DNA from: Alphaproteobacteria bacterium
GTDB taxonomy: Bacteria > Pseudomonadota > Alphaproteobacteria > JABAAW01
Direction: 5' to 3'
NCBI GenBank assembly: GCA_014238535.1
Contig: JABAAW010000006.1
Span: 1-55,489, forward strand
Length of the DNA: 55,489 nucleotides
Below the pieces are notes generated by a model. The model searched no databases. It was not told the origin of the DNA and saw nothing but the letters and a program-made list of their open reading frames with translations. Positions 1 to 8,440 of this stretch are shown here, in pieces (within the stretch, counting starts at the first letter, position 1; each line of letters opens with the position of its first letter). The position numbers were made by a program, and so were the translations under genes.

Positions 1-74
1 ACGGGAAGAAGAAGATCGCCTAAGAAAATCACTTAGATTGATCCTAGATTAGTCTTTACGAACTAATTTCTACA

Positions 75-120
75 GCACCGCCGAGTGCCCTAGTGTACTC
101 GGCGGTGCATTTATTATTTG
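75..120 (+). terminator. Rho-independent terminator of an upstream gene lying mostly outside the window
   Basis: Perfect 12-bp stem gcaccgccgagt (75-86) / actcggcggtgc (97-108), followed by T-rich atttattatttg. Confidence 0.75.
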
Positions 121-207
121 TTGATTATTTTGTATATTTTTCTATATTGTTTTTTTGTTTAGATTTTAGGCTAAACTGAAGATATTTAAGCCTATTGAGA
201 GAAGAGC

Positions 208-1416
208 ATGTCAGAGCATAGATCGAATTTAGACGAGGATAGTTTGAGCGTTGCGCTGGAGATATTGTCGCGCTTGGTTTCATTTCCGACGGTATCGAGT
301 TCTGGCAACCTTGCGCTTATTGAGTGGATAGGCTCGTATTTGTCGCGTTATTCTGTGCCCTACCGTATACAGGCGGCTGCGGATCAGGAAGACAAGGAGA
401 ACCCTAAGGCGAACCTTATAGCGAGCATTGGTCCTCAGACGGCGGGTGGAGTTATTCTTTCTGCGCATACGGATGTTGTTCCTGTTTCTTCTCAAGATTG
501 GGATAGCGATCCGTTTACGATGGTTGAGCGCGAAGGTCGGCTTTATGGTCGAGGTACTTGTGACATGAAGGGGTTTATAGCGAGCGTCTTGAGTCAGGTT
601 CCGCGCATGGTAGAGGCGAGTGAGGCTGGTCGCTTGCGCTATCCGTTGTATTTAGTATTCACCTACGATGAGGAGGTTGGCTGCCTAGGAGCGCCGCATG
701 CGATAAGGCTTTTGCGTTCGGACTTTGCGCCTGCACGCTGCGTTATTGTTGGCGAGCCGAGTAGCATGCGTCCGATTTCTGGTCACAAGTCGATCGACAT
801 ATACGAGACGAAGGTTACGGGTTTTTCGGGACACTCGAGCGATCCTCGTTTAGGGGTAAGCGCGGTGCTGGCGGCTTCTCGTTTAGTTTCGCATTTAGGG
901 GATATGCAGGATGAGTTACGCACGACGGAGAAGGACGAGCGATTTTCACCACCATGGGCGAGCGTACATGTTGGAGTTATTGAAGGGGGAACGGCAGTTA
1001 ATATTATTGCGCCGAGTTGTCACTTTGTCTGGGATGTGCGAGCGTTGCCTGAGGGTGATACGCAAGAGCTTCCGCGTTCTTTTAAGATTTGGCATGACAA
1101 GGTTATTTTACCGCCGATGCGTGCGCTACACGATGGCTGTTCGATTGAGACGAAGTCGCGCGCGTCGGTTATCTACCTTCGTCCTGAAATAGATTCGGCT
1201 GCGGAACGTTTAGTGCGCAAGATTACGGGAGACAATCAGCATCGCTATGTTGCGTATGTTACTGAGGCAGGTCAATTTCAGCAAGCAGGTATCGCGTCGA
1301 TAGTCTGCGGTCCTGGTTCGATAGAGCAAGCGCACAAGGCGAACGAGTTTTTAGAGAAGGAACAGTTATCTCTTTCGTGCGCTTTTATTGAAAAAATTAT
1401 CACTGAGTGTTGCTAG
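208..1416 (+). CDS. argE: Acetylornithine deacetylase (M20 family)
   Basis: LSAHTDVVP, YGRGTCDMKG, YDEEVGCLGA, IVGEPS, GHSS and GPGSIEQAHKANE motifs. Confidence 0.9.
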   Translation: MSEHRSNLDEDSLSVALEILSRLVSFPTVSSSGNLALIEWIGSYLSRYSVPYRIQAAADQEDKENPKANLIASIGPQTAGGVILSAHTDVVPVSSQDWDSDPFTMVEREGRLYGRGTCDMKGFIASVLSQVPRMVEASEAGRLRYPLYLVFTYDEEVGCLGAPHAIRLLRSDFAPARCVIVGEPSSMRPISGHKSIDIYETKVTGFSGHSSDPRLGVSAVLAASRLVSHLGDMQDELRTTEKDERFSPPWASVHVGVIEGGTAVNIIAPSCHFVWDVRALPEGDTQELPRSFKIWHDKVILPPMRALHDGCSIETKSRASVIYLRPEIDSAAERLVRKITGDNQHRYVAYVTEAGQFQQAGIASIVCGPGSIEQAHKANEFLEKEQLSLSCAFIEKIITECC

Positions 1417-1540
1417 TATCACATTTTTGTGATAGGTTAGTATTTACATTTGGGGGGAAGCGTATATTTGGCGATTTTTTATTTTTCGTTGATATGAAGG
1501 GGGATTATATATTGAACAAAATTTATAGGAGACTTGGAGA

Positions 1541-2149
1541 GTGTCTTTGATGTCAAAAATTTCTGCCACGGTATCTGGCGTGGCACCTGGTTGCGAAGTT
1601 AGTGAAGTTGCTTCGACGCCGACGGTTGTGGCTTCTGCGGTTAATTCTGAAGTTCTGGATAGTGTTTTCACTGAGGGTGACTACCTAGTGCATCCAGCGC
1701 ATGGAGTTGGTTATGTTAAGGGTGTTGAGGCCCAAGAGGTAGCAGGAGTGCGCCTTGATATGATAGCGATCAGTTTTGAGCAGGAGCGAATGGTTGTTCG
1801 CGTTCCGACGCAGGAATATGCGAGTTGTGGCTTACGCGCGGTTAGTTCTCCTAAGGCGATGGAGACGGTTTATGATGCGTTGCGCACGAAGAGTCGTGCA
1901 CGCAAGGCTATGTGGGGTCGTCGTGCGCAGGAGTATGACAACAAGATTCGCTCGGGCAACCCACTGCACTTGGCGCAGGTTGTGCGCGAGTTGTATCGTG
2001 GTGAGGAGCAACCGAGTCCATCGTATAGCGAGCGTCAATACTACCAGTTAGCGTTGGAGCGTTTGTCGCGCGAGGTCGCAGTTATCGAGAGCATCGAGGA
2101 GAACACGGCAGTCGAGAGACTGGAAACGATATTAGCCGAAGCCGCCTGA
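1541..2149 (+). CDS. carD: CarD/CdnL family RNA polymerase-binding regulator (start uncertain, N-terminal extension)
   Basis: GDYLVHPAHGVG, WGRRAQEYDNKIRSG and SYSERQYYQLALERLSREVA match alphaproteobacterial CarD. Confidence 0.9.
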   Translation: MSLMSKISATVSGVAPGCEVSEVASTPTVVASAVNSEVLDSVFTEGDYLVHPAHGVGYVKGVEAQEVAGVRLDMIAISFEQERMVVRVPTQEYASCGLRAVSSPKAMETVYDALRTKSRARKAMWGRRAQEYDNKIRSGNPLHLAQVVRELYRGEEQPSPSYSERQYYQLALERLSREVAVIESIEENTAVERLETILAEAA

Positions 2150-2170
2150 AAATCACGAATTGGTTACACA

Positions 2171-2245
2171 GCCGCGGGCTGATCACCACGGGCTTGTCGC
2201 CACGGGGCTGGTAGCCACGGATTGTTGCAACCATAGATTGTTACT
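2171..2245. repeat. Degenerate 14-16 bp tandem repeat, about 5 units
   Basis: gccgcgggctgatc / accacgggcttgtc / gccacggggctggta / gccacggattgttgca / accatagattgttact, just downstream of carD. Confidence 0.55.
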
Positions 2246-2358
2246 TACGCGAAATGGAAATGGTCTAGTGGTAGTCGAACCGAGAGTATACTTGCTACAA
2301 CATCTAGCCCCGCACGCGAGGTGGTGAAGCCACTGCTAATATATCAGAAGTTTTGCTA

Positions 2359-3342
2359 CTACTGCGAGTAGCTTGGCATAAGCAGTAGTTGAGCGCCCTC
2401 GACATCTATATCGTGTATTGAGAAGGCGATTGATTCCGATTTTTCTGTATCTATTAGCGATGAGTTTTTATCATCGAAGAATTCTTCTAGGGCTTTTTCG
2501 TCGCCGCCGAAGAGTGATTCGGAGAATCTATCGATGGTTTCAGCGCGCGAAGGTTTGCTTTTATCGATGTGCTCCCACCCGACTTTCATCTTTGCGGTAT
2601 CGAATGTCTCGGAGAGTATTACGCTATCGCCCCTATCGCTATCTACCTGAATTTGCCCTTGCAGCAGAGTAACGACGCATGTTCCTTCGGGGTAATCGGA
2701 TAGCCCCAAGAGTTTTGTACCGCGAATTCCTAATGTACCCAATGCGGTTTTTATGGTTACGGCTTCTGGGTCGACTTGCGCTAGCAAACCGCTTTGATAT
2801 GCGAAAGCGCCTTTTATTGCGGAGAGGCTTTGCAAGCCTGTTGAGGCGGCTTGATTGAAGACGAACTCGTTTATCAAGAGTTTTGCATCACTACCGAGAG
2901 TAAACTCCATTCCGTCAGTGAACTCGATTCGCAACATTGATCGCGCGCTAGTCGAGATTGTGTCGTGAGCGAGTATATCGTCTCCGCGTTCGAGGCTAGA
3001 TTGCTCTCCTTTACGCAAGACGGAAGCACTACCGTTTAGAAGTTCGACCTGCCCGACGACGGCGAACATGTCGTCATGCTGGTGTTCGGGCGAGAAGAAC
3101 AAATCGTGTAACCAATCGTATGCACTCTCGAGGCTCAATGCTGCTAACAGAGGGGTTTCACTAGTTACGCTAGAGATTATATGAGTTTCTTCTAGGTTAC
3201 TTCTGCTATCGTCGGTTGATGAGTTGGCTATTTGCAAATCAACCTGTGCGTCTACTAGATTAGATTCTTCCAGATTAGCGTCTACCAGATTGGCATTTTC
3301 GCCAACGCTTTTTTGCTCGAAATGTTCTGCCAGCTGTTGCAT
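2359..3342 (-). CDS. FecR domain-containing protein
   Basis: VGQV..LNGSASVLR, RIEFTDG..FTLG..AKLLINEFVF, KGAFAYQSG and IKTALGTLGIRGT are typical of FecR-like domains. Start moved from 3414 to ATG 3342, which has a GGGG RBS-like stretch. Confidence 0.7.
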   Translation of the reverse strand: MQQLAEHFEQKSVGENANLVDANLEESNLVDAQVDLQIANSSTDDSRSNLEETHIISSVTSETPLLAALSLESAYDWLHDLFFSPEHQHDDMFAVVGQVELLNGSASVLRKGEQSSLERGDDILAHDTISTSARSMLRIEFTDGMEFTLGSDAKLLINEFVFNQAASTGLQSLSAIKGAFAYQSGLLAQVDPEAVTIKTALGTLGIRGTKLLGLSDYPEGTCVVTLLQGQIQVDSDRGDSVILSETFDTAKMKVGWEHIDKSKPSRAETIDRFSESLFGGDEKALEEFFDDKNSSLIDTEKSESIAFSIHDIDVEGAQLLLMPSYSQ

Positions 3343-3604
3343 AGTATAGTCCCCACTTACAAAAAGGTTTCCACGAAAAAGCCCTTCCACTTCTGTGTCT
3401 GCCACTACTAGCATGGCTTTTGCGATAAAGCAAGTAATTAAAGTGGCGAGGTTAGCTTTATGTGCGTCTTTATGTGCGCCTAATTATTTGAGTTATTGCA
3501 TTGCCAAGCGCATTTTTTTTTGTTATTTTGTGTTTTTTTGCGTTCGAGAATTTAGACTAGGCTCACCTAGGATTATACGAGGGTTATTACGAGGGTTATA
3601 TAGC

Positions 3605-3919
3605 GTGTTTGCGGTTGTAGAAAGTGGTGGTAAGCAGTATCGTGTTTCGCGAGGTTCGCGTGTGACATTGGAGCGTTTGACGGCGGAAGTTGGCGAGAGC
3701 GTTACCTTTGATGATGTATTGTTGCTTGCTGATGGAGATAAGGCGACGGTGTATGAGGCTTCTGCGCTTGCGAATGTGAAGGTTTTAGGCAAGGTAGTTT
3801 CGCAGCATCGTGGTGAGAAGTTGTTGATTTTTAAGAAGCGTCGGCGAAAGAATTCGCGACGTAAGAATGGACATCGTCAGTATCTTACTGAGGTTGAGAT
3901 AACCTCGATTGAGAAGTGA
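3605..3919 (+). CDS. rplU: 50S ribosomal protein L21
   Basis: (V/M)FAVVESGGKQYRV...KKRRRKNSRRKNGHRQYLT. GTG start at 3605; the ORF-track extension to 3395 is spurious. Confidence 0.95.
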   Translation: MFAVVESGGKQYRVSRGSRVTLERLTAEVGESVTFDDVLLLADGDKATVYEASALANVKVLGKVVSQHRGEKLLIFKKRRRKNSRRKNGHRQYLTEVEITSIEK

Positions 3920-3958
3920 TTGATTAGTATAGCATTTATATCGTAGAGGTTATTTTTA

Positions 3959-4216
3959 ATGGCACACAAGAAAGCGGGAGGTTCGTCTCGCAATGGTCGT
4001 GACTCGGCTGGTCGTCGTTTGGGGGTTAAGCGTTATGGGGGCGAGCGAGTTAGTGCTGGAATGATAATCGTTCGCCAGCGCGGTACGAAGTTTCATGCGG
4101 GTGAAGATGTTGGTATGGGAAAGGATCATACGCTTTTTGCGTTGAGCGATGGCTATGTTCTTTTTAGGAAGCGTAGAACGCGTCCTTCTGTTTCGGTTAT
4201 TTCTGATCGCGTATAG
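3959..4216 (+). CDS. rpmA: 50S ribosomal protein L27
   Basis: [24 protein letters not shown]...[11 protein letters not shown]; follows rplU. Confidence 0.97.
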   Translation: MAHKKAGGSSRNGRDSAGRRLGVKRYGGERVSAGMIIVRQRGTKFHAGEDVGMGKDHTLFALSDGYVLFRKRRTRPSVSVISDRV

Positions 4217-4247
4217 TTTTAGGTATGTATGATGGGGTAGCCGCGCG

Positions 4248-5336
4248 ATGCGGTTTCACGACCAAGCAAGAATAGAGCTTATAGCGGGTGATGGAGGAGA
4301 TGGTTGCGTAGCGTTTAGACGCGAGAAGTTTATTGCCCGCGGAGGTCCGAACGGTGGCAATGGGGGTCGCGGAGGGGATATTTATGCGCGAGCGATAGCG
4401 GGCTTGAATACGCTACTGGACTATCGCTATCGACGGCGTATTGCGAGCGAACGCGGGGGCGGTGGTCAAGGTAAGATGCGAAGCGGTCGTAGTGGAGCGC
4501 CGATAGTTTTAGACTTACCGCAAGGCACGCAGATTTACGATGAGCGAGATGGTGGTTTGCTAGCGGATTTGGTTTCGCTTGAAGAGCGCATATTACTGTG
4601 TAAGGGAGGTCGTGGCGGCTATGGTAACGCGCACTTTCGCAGTTCGACGAACCGCTCGCCGCGCATGGCGCAGAAGGGGGATATTGGTGAGCATCGCAGC
4701 ATAGTTTTGCGTTTGAAGGTTTTAGCGGATGTTGGTCTTGCGGGCTTGCCGAATGCTGGCAAATCATCATTGCTTCGTAAGATTAGCGGTTCGCGTACGA
4801 AGGTAGCGGATTACGCTTATACGACCTTGCACCCGCACTTGGGATTAGTTTCGCGTAATTACGAAGAGGCGGTTTTTGCGGACTTACCGGGCTTGATAGA
4901 GGGAGCGAGTTCGGGTGCGGGATTGGGACACCGTTTTTTGGCGCATATGGAGCGCTGTTCGATTTTGCTGCATTTAGTCGAGATAGCGAGCGATGCGACT
5001 AGTTTAGCTGAGATTGTCGAGCGAGCGCTTACGGACTTCCGCGTTGTTGAGAAAGAGTTATCGTTCTATGGCTGTGGCTTGTTGGGTAAGCGAAGGCTGT
5101 TGCTGTTGACCAAGAGCGATCTTCTTGCTGGTATTTTGGATGGTATTTCTGATGAGGATTTGTGCGCTGAGTTATGCACGCGAGTAAGGGACGAGTTGCA
5201 ACGAGGTAGAGATGCAACCTTACCTGAAGGCGATAGGTTAGTTGAGGGTGTTTTTCTCACGTCGAGTTTGACGGGTTTTGGCGTTCCAGCTTTACTGGAT
5301 CGAGTATTTGCGCTTTTATTGGAGGAGCGAGAATGA
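4248..5336 (+). CDS. obgE: Obg family GTPase ObgE/CgtA
   Basis: Gly-rich Obg fold (GDGGDG..FRREKF..GGPNGGNGGRGG), G1 GLPNAGKS, G3 DLPGLIEGA; rplU-rpmA-obgE synteny. Confidence 0.95.
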   Translation: MRFHDQARIELIAGDGGDGCVAFRREKFIARGGPNGGNGGRGGDIYARAIAGLNTLLDYRYRRRIASERGGGGQGKMRSGRSGAPIVLDLPQGTQIYDERDGGLLADLVSLEERILLCKGGRGGYGNAHFRSSTNRSPRMAQKGDIGEHRSIVLRLKVLADVGLAGLPNAGKSSLLRKISGSRTKVADYAYTTLHPHLGLVSRNYEEAVFADLPGLIEGASSGAGLGHRFLAHMERCSILLHLVEIASDATSLAEIVERALTDFRVVEKELSFYGCGLLGKRRLLLLTKSDLLAGILDGISDEDLCAELCTRVRDELQRGRDATLPEGDRLVEGVFLTSSLTGFGVPALLDRVFALLLEERE

Positions 5337-5420
5337 AATAAGGCTTATACTTCAACTTATTTTTTGGATTTATTTTTTGCGTATTGTTTATGATTTTTAT
5401 GTAGTATTGGTTTTTTGTGC

Positions 5421-5502
5421 GGAGGGATGTCCGAGTGGTTAAAGGAGACGGGCTGTAAACCCGTTGGCTATGCCTACGCAGGTTCGAATCCTGCTCCCTC
5501 CA
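5421..5502 (+). tRNA. tRNA-Tyr (GTA), CCA not encoded
   Basis: Acceptor stem GGAGGGA/TCCCTCC, anticodon loop CTGTAAA, long variable arm, T arm GCAGG-TTCGAAT-CCTGC. Confidence 0.95.
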
Positions 5503-5595
5503 TGCTTTTACGCATTTTTTACGCAGAGTCTTTAAAGGCTACCAATCCTAGACCGTGCACTCTGCTACACCACGTCCACGCATGACTAGTCCCTA

Positions 5596-6275
5596 CGGGA
5601 TGAATCCCCCCGCACCCCCTTGCTGGCATGTTAATATGTTTCACTGTGCCTATGCTCGCGCGCCCGCAAGGAAGCGCAAGCGGGCATAGGCGCGAAACGC
5701 AAAGCTATCTAACCTGACGCAACCTCTTTAATAAACTATGAGAGAAAAGAAACTATATTATTTAAAGTATTACCTTTTTTGCGCATTGCGAGCAATAGCT
5801 CTTGGGGTAATAAGCGTGCGCTTTAGCACACGCTCCGCTGACGAAAGCTCTTCGCAGGGAGACTCGGTCTCCATGGGACTCATCCCCCCACACCACCCTT
5901 GCATGTTAATATATCTCACTGTGCCTATGCTCGCGCGCCCGCAAGGTAGCGCAAGCGGGTATAGGCGCGAAACGCAAAGCTATCTAACCTTCCTCAACCC
6001 TTTTAATAAACTATGAGAGAAAAGAAACTATATTATTTAAAGTAATGTTTTTTTTGCGCATTGCAAGCAATAGCTCTTGGGGTAATAAGCGTGCGCTTTA
6101 GCACACGCTCCGCTAACGAAAGCTCTTCGCAGGGAGACTCGGTCTCCATGGGACTCATCCCCCCACACCCCCCCTTTATGTTTGGATAGATAATACACTT
6201 GAGAACTTACAACTTAATCTACTTCGCCTATGCTCGCGCGCCCGCTAGGAAGCGCAAGCGGGTATAGGCGCGATT
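5596..6275. repeat. Tandem direct repeat, 275-bp period (2 full units plus a partial third), hairpin-rich
   Basis: gcatgttaat starts at 5626 and 5901. Long stem gcctatgctcgc...gcggg(c/t)ataggc at 5648-5691, 5923-5966 and 6226-6269. Units end in a GGGA..TCCCC hairpin plus a C-rich tail ending CCCTT. Confidence 0.9.
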
Positions 6276-6334
6276 AAATTACGCGCCCGATGTGTTACTT
6301 TTATACGCCCCTCAAGCAATATATCTACGCCAAC

Positions 6335-6838
6335 TCAGGCTAAAGCCCAAGGTTCAGCCCATAGGGAATAGCGTGTGCGTCCTCCGACTTTAGCGGCACG
6401 CAGTATTTGATGACGCGGCGTGGAGTTTTCACGCGCCAAGCCTATATGTATCCACCCGCCCCTTGGCTCGTCTTCGATAAAGAACTCACCTATTATCTGA
6501 TCGATGGGCAAGTCCCTGCTTAACACACGAGGAGCTATTTGCAAGAACGCCTCGTAGTTTCCGACGGGCAGATTATCTAGGTCTGCGGCGAGTCCTAGTT
6601 TATGCATCGAGCGCTTTGCACCACCCTGCCCGTCATTGACTTTTCCCTTACGCAGACCACTTGATACGAATATGGATTTTCCGCCCAAGATATCTCGTAC
6701 CTGTTCTAGAGTTTCGCACACGCGCACTAGGTTTTGGCGTTGTTTTGCGGTTGGTTGATTGTCGAGTCCCATGCGCGTTGCGTATGAGGATCTGATCATT
6801 TCTTGCAGACTAAAATGTTCGGTAAGGTATTGCGCCAC
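6335..6838 (-). CDS. Peptidase M15 family zinc peptidase, phage-type endolysin-like
   Basis: LTEHFSLQEM..S, LEQVR, VSSGLR..VN, S-x-H-x6-D (SMHKLGLAAD), DQII and WIHIG; no signal peptide; GTG start with GGGG RBS. Confidence 0.8.
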   Translation of the reverse strand: MAQYLTEHFSLQEMIRSSYATRMGLDNQPTAKQRQNLVRVCETLEQVRDILGGKSIFVSSGLRKGKVNDGQGGAKRSMHKLGLAADLDNLPVGNYEAFLQIAPRVLSRDLPIDQIIGEFFIEDEPRGGWIHIGLARENSTPRHQILRAAKVGGRTRYSLWAEPWALA

Positions 6839-6944
6839 GGTTCCCCTATTTGAGATAAACGTTCAAGAATTACTTACGCTGGCTTTTTGCCACAGCACGA
6901 CGATGCTAGAGCCAACGCGTTTGTTTTTGAGATTACTGAGTTGT

Positions 6945-7223
6945 TTATTTTTTACGCTTGCGCCCGCGAGGGTTTTTAGCTTTTTCGACAGCGAGCTCGC
7001 CCATTCGCTTCATGAAGTCTGATTTTAGAAAAGCGAGTAATAGCCCGACGGTAAAGACGATGTAGAACATAGTTTCGTCTACTGCTTTGGGGTTATTGAC
7101 GCGGAAGTATAGAACGATTGCGCACAGCCCGCCGCCGAATATCGTACTTCTTTCTTTACTTCTTGCCCCTGCGTAGTTAGCGGTTGCACCGACAGCTTTT
7201 CCGACTACTGAGAATATTCCCAT
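6945..7223 (-). CDS. Putative holin (2 TM, basic C-terminus)
   Basis: About 92 aa; RSKERST followed by two hydrophobic segments and a KRKK tail; strong AGGAGG RBS before ATG 7223; directly upstream of the M15 peptidase. Confidence 0.55.
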   Translation of the reverse strand: MGIFSVVGKAVGATANYAGARSKERSTIFGGGLCAIVLYFRVNNPKAVDETMFYIVFTVGLLLAFLKSDFMKRMGELAVEKAKNPRGRKRKK

Positions 7224-7271
7224 GTTTCCTCCTGATTTTTTAGATGATAACAAATTAGATGATACTAAATT

Positions 7272-7300
7272 AGACTAATACAACTGAACTTTTTAGTCAA
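7272..7300 (-). promoter_or_regulatory. Sigma70-type promoter for the holin-endolysin pair, overlapped by an inverted repeat
   Basis: Minus strand reads TTGACT-N17-TAGTCT; the hexamers overlap the inverted repeat GACTAA...TTAGTC. Confidence 0.5.
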
Positions 7301-7434
7301 TAGGAGTTTATTATGATTTATGAGCGATTAGATTATAAGGGGAAGCATTGCTGTATTTATATTGTTGTTGTGATTATGATTATGATATTTTTGTGCGCAT
7401 TTTTTATTGAGTTGCTATACTATTTTCTAGTTAT

Positions 7435-7505
7435 GCGGGTGTAGCTCAACGGTAGAGTCCCAGCCTTCCAAGCTGGTGGTGTGGGTTCGATTCCCATCAC
7501 CCGCT
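7435..7505 (+). tRNA. tRNA-Gly (TCC), CCA not encoded
   Basis: Acceptor stem GCGGGTG/CACCCGC, anticodon arm CCAGC-CTTCCAA-GCTGG, T loop TTCGATT. Confidence 0.95.
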
Positions 7506-7511
7506 TATTAT

Positions 7512-7583
7512 AGGAGTGTAGCTCAACGGTAGAGCACCGGTCTCCAAAACCGGGGGCTGTGGGTTCGAATCCCTCCACTCCTG
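7512..7583 (+). tRNA. tRNA-Trp (CCA), 3' CCA not encoded
   Basis: Acceptor stem AGGAGTG/CACTCCT, anticodon arm CCGGT-CTCCAAA-ACCGG, T loop TTCGAAT. Confidence 0.95.
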
Positions 7584-7626
7584 CATCTTTAGATTTTGCA
7601 TCTTTAGATTCTGCATTTTTAGATTC
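7582..7626. repeat. 15-bp tandem triplication starting at the tRNA-Trp 3' end
   Basis: tgcatctttagattt / tgcatctttagattc / tgcatttttagattc. Confidence 0.85.
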
Positions 7627-7655
7627 TGTGTATTTGATTTTTTGCGACAATAGTT

Positions 7656-8432
7656 ATGACGAAAGAGATTATCGGCAATTGGAAGATGAACGGCTTGTTG
7701 AGTTGCGAGGCGACTTTTTGCGAGATAATGTCTGGCTATGCGGAGTATGATTCGCTTTCTGCTTCTGCTGATAGTGATTGTGAAGGAGCGCGTTTGACTA
7801 TTTGCCCGCCGTCGACTTTGCTTTATAGGTTTTCGAGCCTTGCACGCGAGCGTGATTCGCGAGTTTTGCTAGGTGGTCAGTCTTGTCACCACGCTGCTGA
7901 AGGCAGTTTTACGGGGGATATTTCGGCTAGTATGCTGCACGATTGCGGAGCGCATAGAACGCTTTTAGGTCATGCTGAGAGGCGAGCTTCTGGCGAGAAC
8001 GATGGTATGATTTCGCGTCAGTTGCTAGCAGCCCTGCACTCGGGGCTTACGCCTATATTGTGCGTTGGCGAGGATATGGACGAGCGCAGTTCTGGTCGCA
8101 CGCGTATACGCCTTGAGGAACAGTTAGCGGGAGCGTTGCTTTTAGTGCGCGAGATGGGTATTAGTATGCCTTCGCTATTGATTGCCTACGAACCTTTGTG
8201 GGCTATAGGTAGCGGCGAGTTACCTAGCGTTGATGAGATTTCACAAGCTTTAGAGTGTATTATGGCTAGCGTTTATGATTTTTCAGAAGTTAGCGTTTTG
8301 TATGGCGGTTCTGTTACTAGTAAGAATGCGGCGGCGATTTTGGATTGTAGCGATGGTCTTCTGATTGGCAAGGCTAGTTTAGATTCGGACGAGCTGCTTT
8401 CGATAGTTGGCTTGTGTTATGATTCTGTTTAG
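7656..8432 (+). CDS. tpiA: Triosephosphate isomerase (divergent)
   Basis: IGNWKMNG, GSFTGDISA, LGHAERR, AYEPLWAIGSG and LYGGSV. Confidence 0.92.
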   Translation: MTKEIIGNWKMNGLLSCEATFCEIMSGYAEYDSLSASADSDCEGARLTICPPSTLLYRFSSLARERDSRVLLGGQSCHHAAEGSFTGDISASMLHDCGAHRTLLGHAERRASGENDGMISRQLLAALHSGLTPILCVGEDMDERSSGRTRIRLEEQLAGALLLVREMGISMPSLLIAYEPLWAIGSGELPSVDEISQALECIMASVYDFSEVSVLYGGSVTSKNAAAILDCSDGLLIGKASLDSDELLSIVGLCYDSV

Positions 8433-8440
8433 GTTTATCG

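Noticed and set aside
1-60. 3' end of an upstream CDS
   Set aside because: Too short to fix the frame or identity.
5738-6016. 92-aa ORF in the 275-bp repeat (also 13679-13933 and 13960-14193)
   Set aside because: They lie wholly within structured repeats, have no recognisable motifs, and the frame is not preserved between copies.
5640-6130. Hammerhead ribozyme (CTGACGA at about 5838; GAAAC at about 5694)
   Set aside because: The core elements are not arranged around stems I-III in a workable order, and the second unit reads CTAACGA.
5503-7434. Prophage or integrative element at tRNA-Tyr
   Set aside because: No integrase, no structural genes, and no duplicated tRNA 3' end (att) was seen.
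7420-7650. 76-aa minus-strand ORF (and 7559-7750 on plus)
   Set aside because: Shadow ORFs over tRNA-Gly, tRNA-Trp and the 15-bp repeat.
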